Assembly: GCA_964016885.1 (NCBI GenBank)
Contig: OZ024746.1
Span: 24,180,001 to 24,244,000 of the forward strand
DNA: 64,000 nt
Direction: 5' to 3'
DNA from: Eledone cirrhosa
Taxonomy: Eukaryota
This document shows, piece after piece, positions 28,570 through 38,530 of this stretch. The position numbers were made by a program, and so were the translations under genes. Within the stretch, counting starts at the first letter, position 1. Each line of letters opens with the position of its first letter. Below the pieces are notes generated by a model that had not been told where the DNA came from, searched no databases, and was given only the letters and a program-made list of their open reading frames with translations.

Positions 28570-28990
28570 CACATACATATATCATCGAAGAGAATACCTA
28601 ACACTGAAAAGGAAGGTGAGGAAAAGGGACTGTTCTGAACTGCCTGCTGTTGAGCAACATCTGGTTTGCCAGTACTGTGGTCAAGGTCTGCCTGAGCAAA
28701 GATGGTTTGATTAGACACAAACAAAGTCATATCAGTAGACCTCATGTAGATTATGATCTGAAAAGGTGCAAGGAATGTGCAAGCATGGGAAGTCTTAAAA
28801 GACATATGAGAACATACAGTCAGAACCAAGCAGTGGAAAGTCCCAGAGGATCCTACAGTTACCATGTGTGTGCCAGAGGGTGCTAGTCTTTGGCTGGTTT
28901 AAAGAGCCACATTCATGCCTCATATTTTTTTAGCATTTTATCAGACGATGGCAATGCTCAAAAAGGAGTCTGCAGCCATCATATATATAT
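28570..28990 (+). mobile_element. RTE-type LINE 3' end with degenerate C2H2-like zinc-finger region
   Basis: Frameshifted reading LKRKVRKR...HLVCQYCG / KVCLSKDGLIRHKQSH ... CKECASMGSLKRHMRT ... HVCARGC*SLAGLKSH, then a short 3' UTR ending in a (TA) tract. Confidence 0.65.
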
Positions 28991-30054
28991 ATCATTTTAG
29001 TTTTAACATCCACTTTCCCTGCTAGCAAATATATATATATATATATATTCCATAGGAAAGGTAAGGGAAAGAAGATAGATAACATATATGCAACTTAACT
29101 AAAGAAGAGAAGGGGAATTGCATGCATCACAGGTAATATTGCAAGCTTGGCAACAGGTAAAAACTTTGCAGCCATTTCAACCCCTACCTATGGTACTGTT
29201 GGTCAGTTTGGGGTCAGTTTGGGGTCACAGTGTCTAACAAGGCAGCAAAACACTCTCCTGGAGTATTTTAAAAGACAAAAACAAAACAACCTTATATAAA
29301 ATTACATATTAAATGTACATTTAAATCAAACCATATGGTCAGGTCAGGTTTCTGCCTGCCACTGGTATAATGTACAACCTGCTTCATGGTCGAGTGGTCA
29401 GTGACTAAAACCGCCCTCCCATCAGACACTGGTCTGATCAGATCAGATCAGTCTTCTGCCTACTACTAGTACCATGTAACCCAGTACAACCTGTTTCATG
29501 GTCAAGTGGTCAGTGACTAAACTGACTCCCTCACCAGACAAGGATCTGGTGGGGAAGGTAAATGGAACCCCAGCAGTACAAAAAACTAAAGCTGTTAAAA
29601 GGGGGGATGAACTCCTGAGTCAATGGCCATCAACCCCAAACTATGGGTTAAATAGCCTCACCAACCTGTAATGGGCCGCCAAGTTTGGTAAGGCTACACA
29701 CCTGACATGACCAAAACCAAACAGGAAGTGGTGAAGGTCCACCAGAGAAGGGTCCCTCTAACAGGAGTGAGAAGAATTGGATTAGATTGGAGATGTGATG
29801 AAAATAGTCAGATCTATGTAGAAAAAAACCAAACACAGCACAAGTGATGTTTAGAGTGGAAGATGTGAGCTGATACCAACAGCCAGAACTAGACAATGTG
29901 AAATACACTGAGATGACAGAATGAGACAATAGTTATGTGAGGGAAGATGGTTGTGGTATATATGTACAATTTAATAAAAGAAGAGATGTTTGTGTCACAG
30001 TCAATATTGCAAATTGGCAACAGGTAAGATAACTCTGTCATCAGACACACACAC

Positions 30055-30100
<46 letters not shown>

Positions 30101-30109
<9 letters not shown>

Positions 30110-30228
30110 TAAAAAAATAATGAATAAAACAATGAAACAGTTCCTTATATTAAACAAAAAAAGTTCTTTTTTTGTTTAATATAAGGAACTGTTTCATTGT
30201 TTTATTCATTATTTTTTTAATATTTTAT
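30101..30228. repeat. Perfect palindrome (63-bp arms, 2-nt loop)
   Basis: 30101-30163 is the exact reverse complement of 30166-30228. It directly abuts a (TA)n tract. Confidence 0.95.
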
Positions 30229-30359
30229 CTTGACTCTGTATTCCGTTTATCTTTCACCGAAAGTGATTTTTCATTGCATCTCTTCTTTCCATGATATCCG
30301 GATTACATTGAGTTCTTCATACGGATTGGACACTACCGTAAACTCTTGGTAGATTTATC

Positions 30360-30403
<44 letters not shown>

Positions 30404-32204
30404 CACATGTACACACATATATGCATATATATATACTCACACACATAAACAGATACATACACATATGTATGTGTGTGTATATATATATATATACACACAC
30501 ACAGATACACACATATATATATATACTCACACCCACAAACAGATACATACACATATGTATACATATATACATACACATATATATGCATGTGTGTATACAC
30601 ATGTGCATACATACATACATATATATATACTCACCCACACAAACAGATACATACACATATGTATCCATATATACATATACATATATGTGCAAGTATGGAT
30701 ACATATATACACATATGTATACATACACATAAAAGCATGTATACCCCCCCCCCCCTCCCACACACTCACATTATATATATATATATAAATATATATAATT
30801 TATAAATTCCAGAAGTTCTCTGGGGTAGCAAAATAAAATAGTCACAAGATATTTTGTTCATTGTAGACCCAAGGCAAGAAGCAGCATATATTGTTTTAAT
30901 AAACTGAAATATTTGTTGTTCCATTTGTTATTTATTTGTTAAAAAAGCTTAACATATCTTGTTTGATTACTATCATCACTTCAAACATAATACTGACTGT
31001 TTACAGTATGTGTGTTCAATGTTTTATTAGGCAACGCTATGTGTAACAAGTAGGACAATAAAATTTGACAAGCAATTCTGCTCTATGACTATGACTACCA
31101 CAATAAATTATGAAAATTTGTATGTCACAACAATTATTTGCTATGTAGTGGAGTCAACAATACAAAGCTCTATGTGGTTACCAGACTTGCTAGAAAGAGT
31201 TAAGCAAATTTCCCTCAAATCACATCCTACTATTTAAGCAAAAAATATATCTAAGAATATATATTTGACATTGTTATTTTAGATACACAACGTCAGGGGT
31301 AAAATATAGACTGGTCATGACTGGAAATTTGAAATTAGACCCCATCTCACCTCACCTCGACTGGCAATACTCCCAGGCCCAGATGTGAAGTATATGCCTC
31401 CTTGTCTCCGCAAAGCTAGTAATAGATCAAGACTATTCTCATACATATGATGTATGTCTAGGCTACAGGTATATTATACATGTACATGTAGTATACGTGA
31501 TTGGAGTAACATGATTTATTTATAGATTACAGGTACATTCAGTATTTACAGGTAACAATTTATACACACATAGATACATATAAGCTCATCATGTACCATT
31601 ACATATATGTATATATGTAACAGAATAAAAAATAATTAAACTTGAAAGGAATAACCCCTACCCCACCCTTAAAATAGCTGGCACATGACAACTGGCTTAA
31701 CTGTTAACATCCTCTACCATATAAAACCAGATTTAAAAAAACATTCTTGAAAAGTATAAAACAGCCCTATGATTATATTACATTAAAACAATGTCTTTAC
31801 TATACACATTTGAAGTAACACACCTGCTTATAGATAGTTTCAGATAAATCATTGCCTGATATTAAGAGTTAACTGACACAGATCTTCCTTGTTCTAGTTT
31901 GTTCATGAGTGCAACACATTAAATCAGGGCTAACCACCACCACCAACACATAAACTATGCTAAAATTACCATTTTATATTTTTTTTACTATTTCATATTT
32001 TCTTTTATTCCAATGATTTCTGTTTATAAAGCCATTCTACTGAGGAACCTATCAATTCCATCAGTATATTTGGCAGCAGTAGACTCCCTCCTGACAAATA
32101 AACAGTTTGGCATTTGGTAAGAAAAAGCTATTTGGTTTCTAAAACACCTGTTCCATTCCCCTGTGTAAATTGTTACAACTCGATTCAACATCACATTTTC
32201 TTCT

Positions 32205-32340
32205 TGTTGATGTTAGAAATCACTAGAGTCCCAAACAAAATGGCTTGCTGTCTTTGTTCAAATACCGCTGAGGTCTACTTTGTCTTTTATCCTTCCGGGG
32301 TCAATAAAATAAATTAGCAGTGAAATAATCGATTAAACAA
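32205..32340 (+). mobile_element. 5' part of a Meta-like SINE interrupted by the retrozyme insertion
   Basis: GTTCAAATACC B box and TTTATCCTTCCGGGGTCAATAAAATAAA. The family's 3' part (TTCCCCAAAA..TTGGCCTTGTGCC..ATTATTATT) resumes at 36301. Confidence 0.8.
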
Positions 32341-32626
32341 ATAACGAAACGAAATTAAATTTTGTTTCGTTTGTAACTCACTTTTGTATGACTGACGCTT
32401 AAACAATTAAGTTAAAGATGTACATCCATATATGTATACTGAAATACTAGTATGTATATGGATACACACACGTATACATATGTAGATGTACCAAGTTTTT
32501 TCACTGGTCACTTTACTGTGAGTGGCCAGCTATTCTGTATGTAAACACACAGACAAACCGGTTTTTAGAGTCATACTGGTTTTTGAGGAAACACCTTTCC
32601 TCTATTCTCCAGAAAGCCAGACAAGG

Positions 32627-32671
32627 AATATTGAACTAGTTTCGTTGTTGTTACAACTCATCAGCAACATT
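32627..32671 (-). ncRNA. Type I hammerhead ribozyme, copy 1
   Basis: Minus strand AAUGUUG-CUGAUGA-GUUGU-aaca-ACAAC-GAAA-CUA-GUU^-CAAUAUU: 7-bp stem I, 5-bp stem II and a minimal palindromic stem III. Confidence 0.9.
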
Positions 32672-33093
32672 TACCTATCTTCCGGCCTCTCTAGAGAATC
32701 GTAAAAGCACATAGCGTTATATGCTTTTTCTATGAAAATTAGTAGTGGGCAGACTAATTTGCATAGAGTGTGAGTAAGTACCGGTTCAACGGAGACGATA
32801 AAAACAAATAACGAAACGAAATTAAATTTTGTTTCGTTTGTAACTCACTTTTGTATGACTGACGCTTAAACAATTAAGTTAAAGATGTACATCCATATAT
32901 GTATACTGAAATACTAGTATGTATATGGATACACACACGTATACATATGTAGATGTACCAAGTTTTTTCACTGGTCACTTTACTGTGAGTGGCCAGCTAT
33001 TCTGTATGTAAACACACAGACAAACCGGTTTTTAGAGTCATACTGGTTTTTGAGGAAACACCTTTCCTCTATTCTCCAGAAAGCCAGACAAGG

Positions 33094-33138
33094 AATATTG
33101 AACTAGTTTCGTTGTTGTTACAACTCATCAGCAACATT
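33094..33138 (-). ncRNA. Type I hammerhead ribozyme, copy 2
   Basis: Identical to copy 1, 467 bp further along. Confidence 0.9.
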
Positions 33139-33560
33139 TACCTATCTTCCGGCCTCTCTAGAGAATCGTAAAAGCACATAGCGTTATATGCTTTTTCTAT
33201 GAAAATTAGTAGTGGGCAGACTAATTTGCATAGAGTGTGAGTAAGTACCGGTTCAACGGAGACGATAAAAACAAATAACGAAACGAAATTAAATTTTGTT
33301 TCGTTTGTAACTCACTTTTGTATGACTGACGCTTAAACAATTAAGTTAAAGATGTACATCCATATATGTATACTGAAATACTAGTATGTATATGGATACA
33401 CACACGTATACATATGTAGATGTACCAAGTTTTTTCACTGGTCACTTTACTGTGAGTGGCCAGCTATTCTGTATGTAAACACACAGACAAACCGGTTTTT
33501 AGAGTCATACTGGTTTTTGAGGAAACACCTTTCCTCTATTCTCCAGAAAGCCAGACAAGG

Positions 33561-33605
33561 AATATTGAACTAGTTTCGTTGTTGTTACAACTCATCAGCA
33601 ACATT
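33561..33605 (-). ncRNA. Type I hammerhead ribozyme, copy 3
   Basis: Identical to copy 1. Confidence 0.9.
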
Positions 33606-34027
33606 TACCTATCTTCCGGCCTCTCTAGAGAATCGTAAAAGCACATAGCGTTATATGCTTTTTCTATGAAAATTAGTAGTGGGCAGACTAATTTGCATAG
33701 AGTGTGAGTAAGTACCGGTTCAACGGAGACGATAAAAACAAATAACGAAACGAAATTAAATTTTGTTTCGTTTGTAACTCACTTTTGTATGACTGACGCT
33801 TAAACAATTAAGTTAAAGATGTACATCCATATATGTATACTGAAATACTAGTATGTATATGGATACACACACGTATACATATGTAGATGTACCAAGTTTT
33901 TTCACTGGTCACTTTACTGTGAGTGGCCAGCTATTCTGTATGTAAACACACAGACAAACCGGTTTTTAGAGTCATACTGGTTTTTGAGGAAACACCTTTC
34001 CTCTATTCTCCAGAAAGCCAGACAAGG

Positions 34028-34072
34028 AATATTGAACTAGTTTCGTTGTTGTTACAACTCATCAGCAACATT
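34028..34072 (-). ncRNA. Type I hammerhead ribozyme, copy 4
   Basis: Identical to copy 1. Confidence 0.9.
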
Positions 34073-34494
34073 TACCTATCTTCCGGCCTCTCTAGAGAAT
34101 CGTAAAAGCACATAGCGTTATATGCTTTTTCTATGAAAATTAGTAGTGGGCAGACTAATTTGCATAGAGTGTGAGTAAGTACCGGTTCAACGGAGACGAT
34201 AAAAACAAATAACGAAACGAAATTAAATTTTGTTTCGTTTGTAACTCACTTTTGTATGACTGACGCTTAAACAATTAAGTTAAAGATGTACATCCATATA
34301 TGTATACTGAAATACTAGTATGTATATGGATACACACACGTATACATATGTAGATGTACCAAGTTTTTTCACTGGTCACTTTACTGTGAGTGGCCAGCTA
34401 TTCTGTATGTAAACACACAGACAAACCGGTTTTTAGAGTCATACTGGTTTTTGAGGAAACACCTTTCCTCTATTCTCCAGAAAGCCAGACAAGG

Positions 34495-34539
34495 AATATT
34501 GAACTAGTTTCGTTGTTGTTACAACTCATCAGCAACATT
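34495..34539 (-). ncRNA. Type I hammerhead ribozyme, copy 5
   Basis: Identical to copy 1. Confidence 0.9.
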
Positions 34540-35081
34540 TACCTATCTTCCGGCCTCTCTAGAGAATCGTAAAAGCACATAGCGTTATATGCTTTTTCTA
34601 TGAAAATTAGTAGTGGGCAGACTAATTTGCATAGAGTGTGAGTAAGTACCGGTTCAACGGAGACGATAAAAACAAATAACGAAACGAAATTAAATTTTGT
34701 TTCGTTTGTAACTCACTTTTGTATGACTGACGCTTAAACAATTAAGTTAAAGATGTACATCCACTCACAGTAAAGTGACCAGTGAAAAAACTTGGTACAT
34801 CTACATATGTATACGTGTGTGTATCCATATACATACTAGTATTTCAGTATACATATATGGATGTACATCTTTAACTTAATTGTTTAAGCGTCAGTCATAC
34901 AAAAGTGAGTTACAAACGAAACAAAATTTAATTTCGTTTCGTTATTTGTTTTTATCGTCTCCGTTGAACCGGTACTTACTCACACTCTATGCAAATTAGT
35001 CTGCCCACTACTAATTTTCATAGAAAAAGCATATAACGCTATGTGCTTTTACGATTCTCTAGAGAGGCCGGAAGATAGGTA

Positions 35082-35126
35082 AATGTTGCTGATGAGTTGT
35101 AACAACAACGAAACTAGTTCAATATT
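35082..35126 (+). ncRNA. Type I hammerhead ribozyme, copy 6 (inverted arm)
   Basis: AATGTTG (35082-88), CTGATGA (35089-95), GTTGT-aaca-ACAAC, GAAA (35110-13), CTA-GTT (predicted cut after 35119), CAATATT. Stem I extends with bulges over about 35054-35149. Confidence 0.9.
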
Positions 35127-35548
35127 CCTTGTCTGGCTTTCTGGAGAATAGAGGAAAGGTGTTTCCTCAAAAACCAGTATGACTCTAAAAACCGGTTTGT
35201 CTGTGTGTTTACATACAGAATAGCTGGCCACTCACAGTAAAGTGACCAGTGAAAAAACTTGGTACATCTACATATGTATACGTGTGTGTATCCATATACA
35301 TACTAGTATTTCAGTATACATATATGGATGTACATCTTTAACTTAATTGTTTAAGCGTCAGTCATACAAAAGTGAGTTACAAACGAAACAAAATTTAATT
35401 TCGTTTCGTTATTTGTTTTTATCGTCTCCGTTGAACCGGTACTTACTCACACTCTATGCAAATTAGTCCGCCCACTACTAATTTTCATAGAAAAAGCATA
35501 TAACGCTATGTGCTTTTACGATTCTCTAGAGAGGCCGGAAGATAGGTA

Positions 35549-35593
35549 AATGTTGCTGATGAGTTGTAACAACAACGAAACTAGTTCAATATT
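35549..35593 (+). ncRNA. Type I hammerhead ribozyme, copy 7
   Basis: Identical to copy 6, +467 bp. Confidence 0.9.
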
Positions 35594-36015
35594 CCTTGTC
35601 TGGCTTTCTGGAGAATAGAGGAAAGGTGTTTCCTCAAAAACCAGTATGACTCTAAAAACCGGTTTGTCTGTGTGTTTACATACAGAATAGCTGGCCACTC
35701 ACAGTAAAGTGACCAGTGAAAAAACTTGGTACATCTACATATGTATACGTGTGTGTATCCATATACATACTAGTATTTCAGTATACATATATGGATGTAC
35801 ATCTTTAACTTAATTGTTTAAGCGTCAGTCATACAAAAGTGAGTTACAAACGAAACAAAATTTAATTTCGTTTCGTTATTTGTTTTTATCGTCTCCGTTG
35901 AACCGGTACTTACTCACACTCTATGCAAATTAGTCTGCCCACTACTAATTTTCATAGAAAAAGCATATAACGCTATGTGCTTTTACGATTCTCTAGAGAG
36001 GCCGGAAGATAGGTA

Positions 36016-36060
36016 AATGTTGCTGATGAGTTGTAACAACAACGAAACTAGTTCAATATT
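36016..36060 (+). ncRNA. Type I hammerhead ribozyme, copy 8
   Basis: Identical to copy 6, +934 bp. Confidence 0.9.
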
Positions 36061-36285
36061 CCTTGTCTGGCTTTCTGGAGAATAGAGGAAAGGTGTTTCC
36101 TCAAAAACCAGTATGACTCTAAAAACCGGTTTGTCTGTGTGTTTACATACAGAATAGCTGGCCACTCACAGTAAAGTGACCAGTGAAAAAACTTGGTACA
36201 TCTACATATGTATACGTGTGTGTATCCATATACATACTAGTATTTCAGTATACATATATGGATGTACATCTTTAACTTAATTGTT

Positions 36286-36356
36286 TAATCGATTAAACAA
36301 TTCCCCAAAAAGTTTTGGCCTTGTGCCTGTGTTAGACATTATTATTATTATCATTA
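36286..36356 (+). mobile_element. 3' part of the SINE split by the retrozyme insertion
   Basis: TAATCGATTAAACAATTCCCCAAAAAGTTTTGGCCTTGTGCC...ATTATTATT matches the family 3' end seen at 42030-42101 and 50520-50575. Confidence 0.8.
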
Positions 36357-36611
36357 TAAAGAAACCATTATTATTATCATTATTATTTGAAACTTCTTTT
36401 GAATTCTGCTACTTTCCTACATCATGCCAAGTATCAACCTGACACCTGAGGCAAAATCTGATAATACACACATTTTACAATCAATTGTCATACAATGATG
36501 CTAACAGAAATGTCTTTGCAAGGTATTTAAATTAATAATGCACTTTCAGGAGATGGACAGTGCCAGCCAGCACTATTTTCTGTATCACTTGCTCATACCA
36601 TTTTTCAGAAT

Positions 36612-36810
36612 GGTGGTTTGGCAGTATTGTTAGAGTGTCAGACACCATACTTTGTAGCATAGAGTTATTGCCCTTTACGTTCTGAGTTCAACTCCGCCGA
36701 AGTTAACTTTGCCTTTCATCCTTACGGGGGTTGGTAAAATAAAGTACCAGTAATGCACTGGGGTTTTCTGACCTTGTGCCAAAAATAGAAACATTATTAT
36801 TATTATTATT
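36612..36810 (+). mobile_element. tRNA-derived SINE (Meta-like family)
   Basis: GGTGGTTTGGCAGTATTGTTAGAG head, GAGTTCAACTCC B box, GCCTTTCATCCTTACGGGG central block and (ATT)n tail. Confidence 0.85.
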
Positions 36811-37129
36811 ACTACTATAATTATTATTTACAAGGTTCTGGGGCCCTTGCAGTCAATAAATGGAGGACATCCTTGGAATGCTAAATGTTGAAGGTCCATC
36901 AAATTATTGGACTAGAGCAGCTCAAGTATACTTCTCACTACCAGTTATATGTTAAGGTTGATTTACCCTAGTATATTGTTCAGTACCAGTTATGTACTAG
37001 GGTAGATATACCCAAGTATACTCTTGAATATCAGTTATGTACTGCAGATAAATTTACCCAAGATTCCATGGTCATGTGAATAGATTAATAAAACTTGTTT
37101 TTCACCAGTAATTTAATTCAGTATTTATA

Positions 37130-37167
<38 letters not shown>

Positions 37168-37193
37168 TAGATGAAAACTGTGTCGAAGTCAGT

Positions 37194-37251
<58 letters not shown>

Positions 37252-37626
37252 ATGGTTCTATTAGAGATATAGAGGAAAAATCGACCCCACTACTAGACTA
37301 GTACTTTTTTTTATCGACCTCGAAAGGATGAAAAGCAAAGTGGACCTCGCTGCCCCATATATATTTATATATATATATATGACTACATATATATATAAAT
37401 ATATATACTAAAAAAAAGTACTAGTCTAGTAGTGGGGTCGATTTTTCCTCTATATCTCCCTCTCATTCCTATCCATTTCTGGAAGAAATCTGCTGTGATC
37501 AGACCAGGAGAGGGTTGGGCTCCACCAGGTTTAAAATTTTTAAATGCCCAAAGAAATATATATATATATATATATATTTCTTTGGGCATATATATTTCTT
37601 TGTGCCTCCATGTGTGTATGTATGTA

Positions 37627-37672
<46 letters not shown>

Positions 37673-37678
37673 CACACA

Positions 37679-38026
37679 TGGAGGCACATGGCTTAGTGGT
37701 TAGAGCATTGGCCTTGCAATCGAAAGGTTGCGAGTTCAATTCTCAGACCGGGTGATGTGTTGTTTCCTTGAGCAAGACACTTTATTTCACATTGCTCCAG
37801 TTTACTCAGCTGTAGAAATGAGAAGATAGGGACTGGGGTCCCTATCATTCCACTGCAAAGTGGTCGTGGAGGTGCCACGGCAAAAAAGCACGCAACACTC
37901 ACTGTAAATGAGGTTGGTGTTAGGAAGGGCATCCAGCTGTAGAAATCAAGCCAGAATTAGTTCCCGTCCCACCCTTGCAAGCAGGGAAAAAGCGGATGTA
38001 AAATGAAATGATGATGAAATGAAATG
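37679..38026 (+). mobile_element. Young tRNA-derived SINE, copy 2 (full length)
   Basis: A box TGGCTTAGTGG, B box GAGTTCAATTC and an (ATGA/ATG) tail. Near-identical to the other two copies. Confidence 0.9.
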
Positions 38027-38338
38027 ACAACTGACTTCGACACAGTTTTCATCTGTCTAATTTCACTCACTTCAATATATGGATACAGTAAAAGACACGT
38101 CCGAAGTACCACATAGTGGGACTCAACATGAAACCATGTGGTTATTAAGAACTCTTTATATACTTGTATCTATATGTATGTTTAACATACATAAACATGC
38201 TCCAGCTCTTTACATTTGGTGTTCAATTCCTTCCAAGGTCAATAAAATAAAGTACCAGTCAAATACTAGTGTTGATAAAATAGACTTTCCCTTCTTCCCA
38301 AATTGCTACCTAAATTAGATACCATTATACATATATAA

Positions 38339-38530
38339 GGGCGGTGGATTGGCAGTATCGGTAGAGGGTCGGACGCCATGCTTTGACGCATAGAGTTACG
38401 GCCCTTGCCAGTCTGAGTTCAAATCCCGCCGAGGTTAACTTTGCCTTTCATCCTTATGGGGTCGATAAAATAAAGTACCAGTAATACACTGGGTAATTGC
38501 TGGCCTTGTGCCAAAAGTAGAAACAATTAT
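38339..38530 (+). mobile_element. tRNA-derived SINE (Meta-like family), well preserved
   Basis: GGCGGTGGATTGGCAGTATCGG ... GAGTTCAAATCCC ... GCCTTTCATCCTTATGGGGTCGATAAAATAAAGTACCAGT ... GGCCTTGTGCCAAAA. Confidence 0.88.

Larger units (their letters stand above)
32326..36300. mobile_element. Non-LTR retrozyme-like insertion: 467-bp hammerhead-containing units in two inverted arms with a 15-bp TSD
   Basis: Period is exactly 467 bp (the ORF track repeats at 32522, 32989, 33456, 33923, 34390). Left arm 32335-34763 (~5.2 units) and inverted right arm 34761-36288 (~3.3 units). TAATCGATTAAACAA is duplicated at 32326-32340 and 36286-36300. Eight intact hammerhead cores. Confidence 0.9.

Noticed and set aside
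32522-36165. Eight identical 60-aa ORFs (MASYSVCKHTDK...) as a tandem gene family
   Set aside because: GTG start, no recognisable domain, antisense to the hammerhead, and identity simply follows the 467-bp repeat.
37679-37755. tRNA gene
   Set aside because: A and B boxes are present, but there is no proper acceptor stem and the sequence continues into a SINE body found in three copies.
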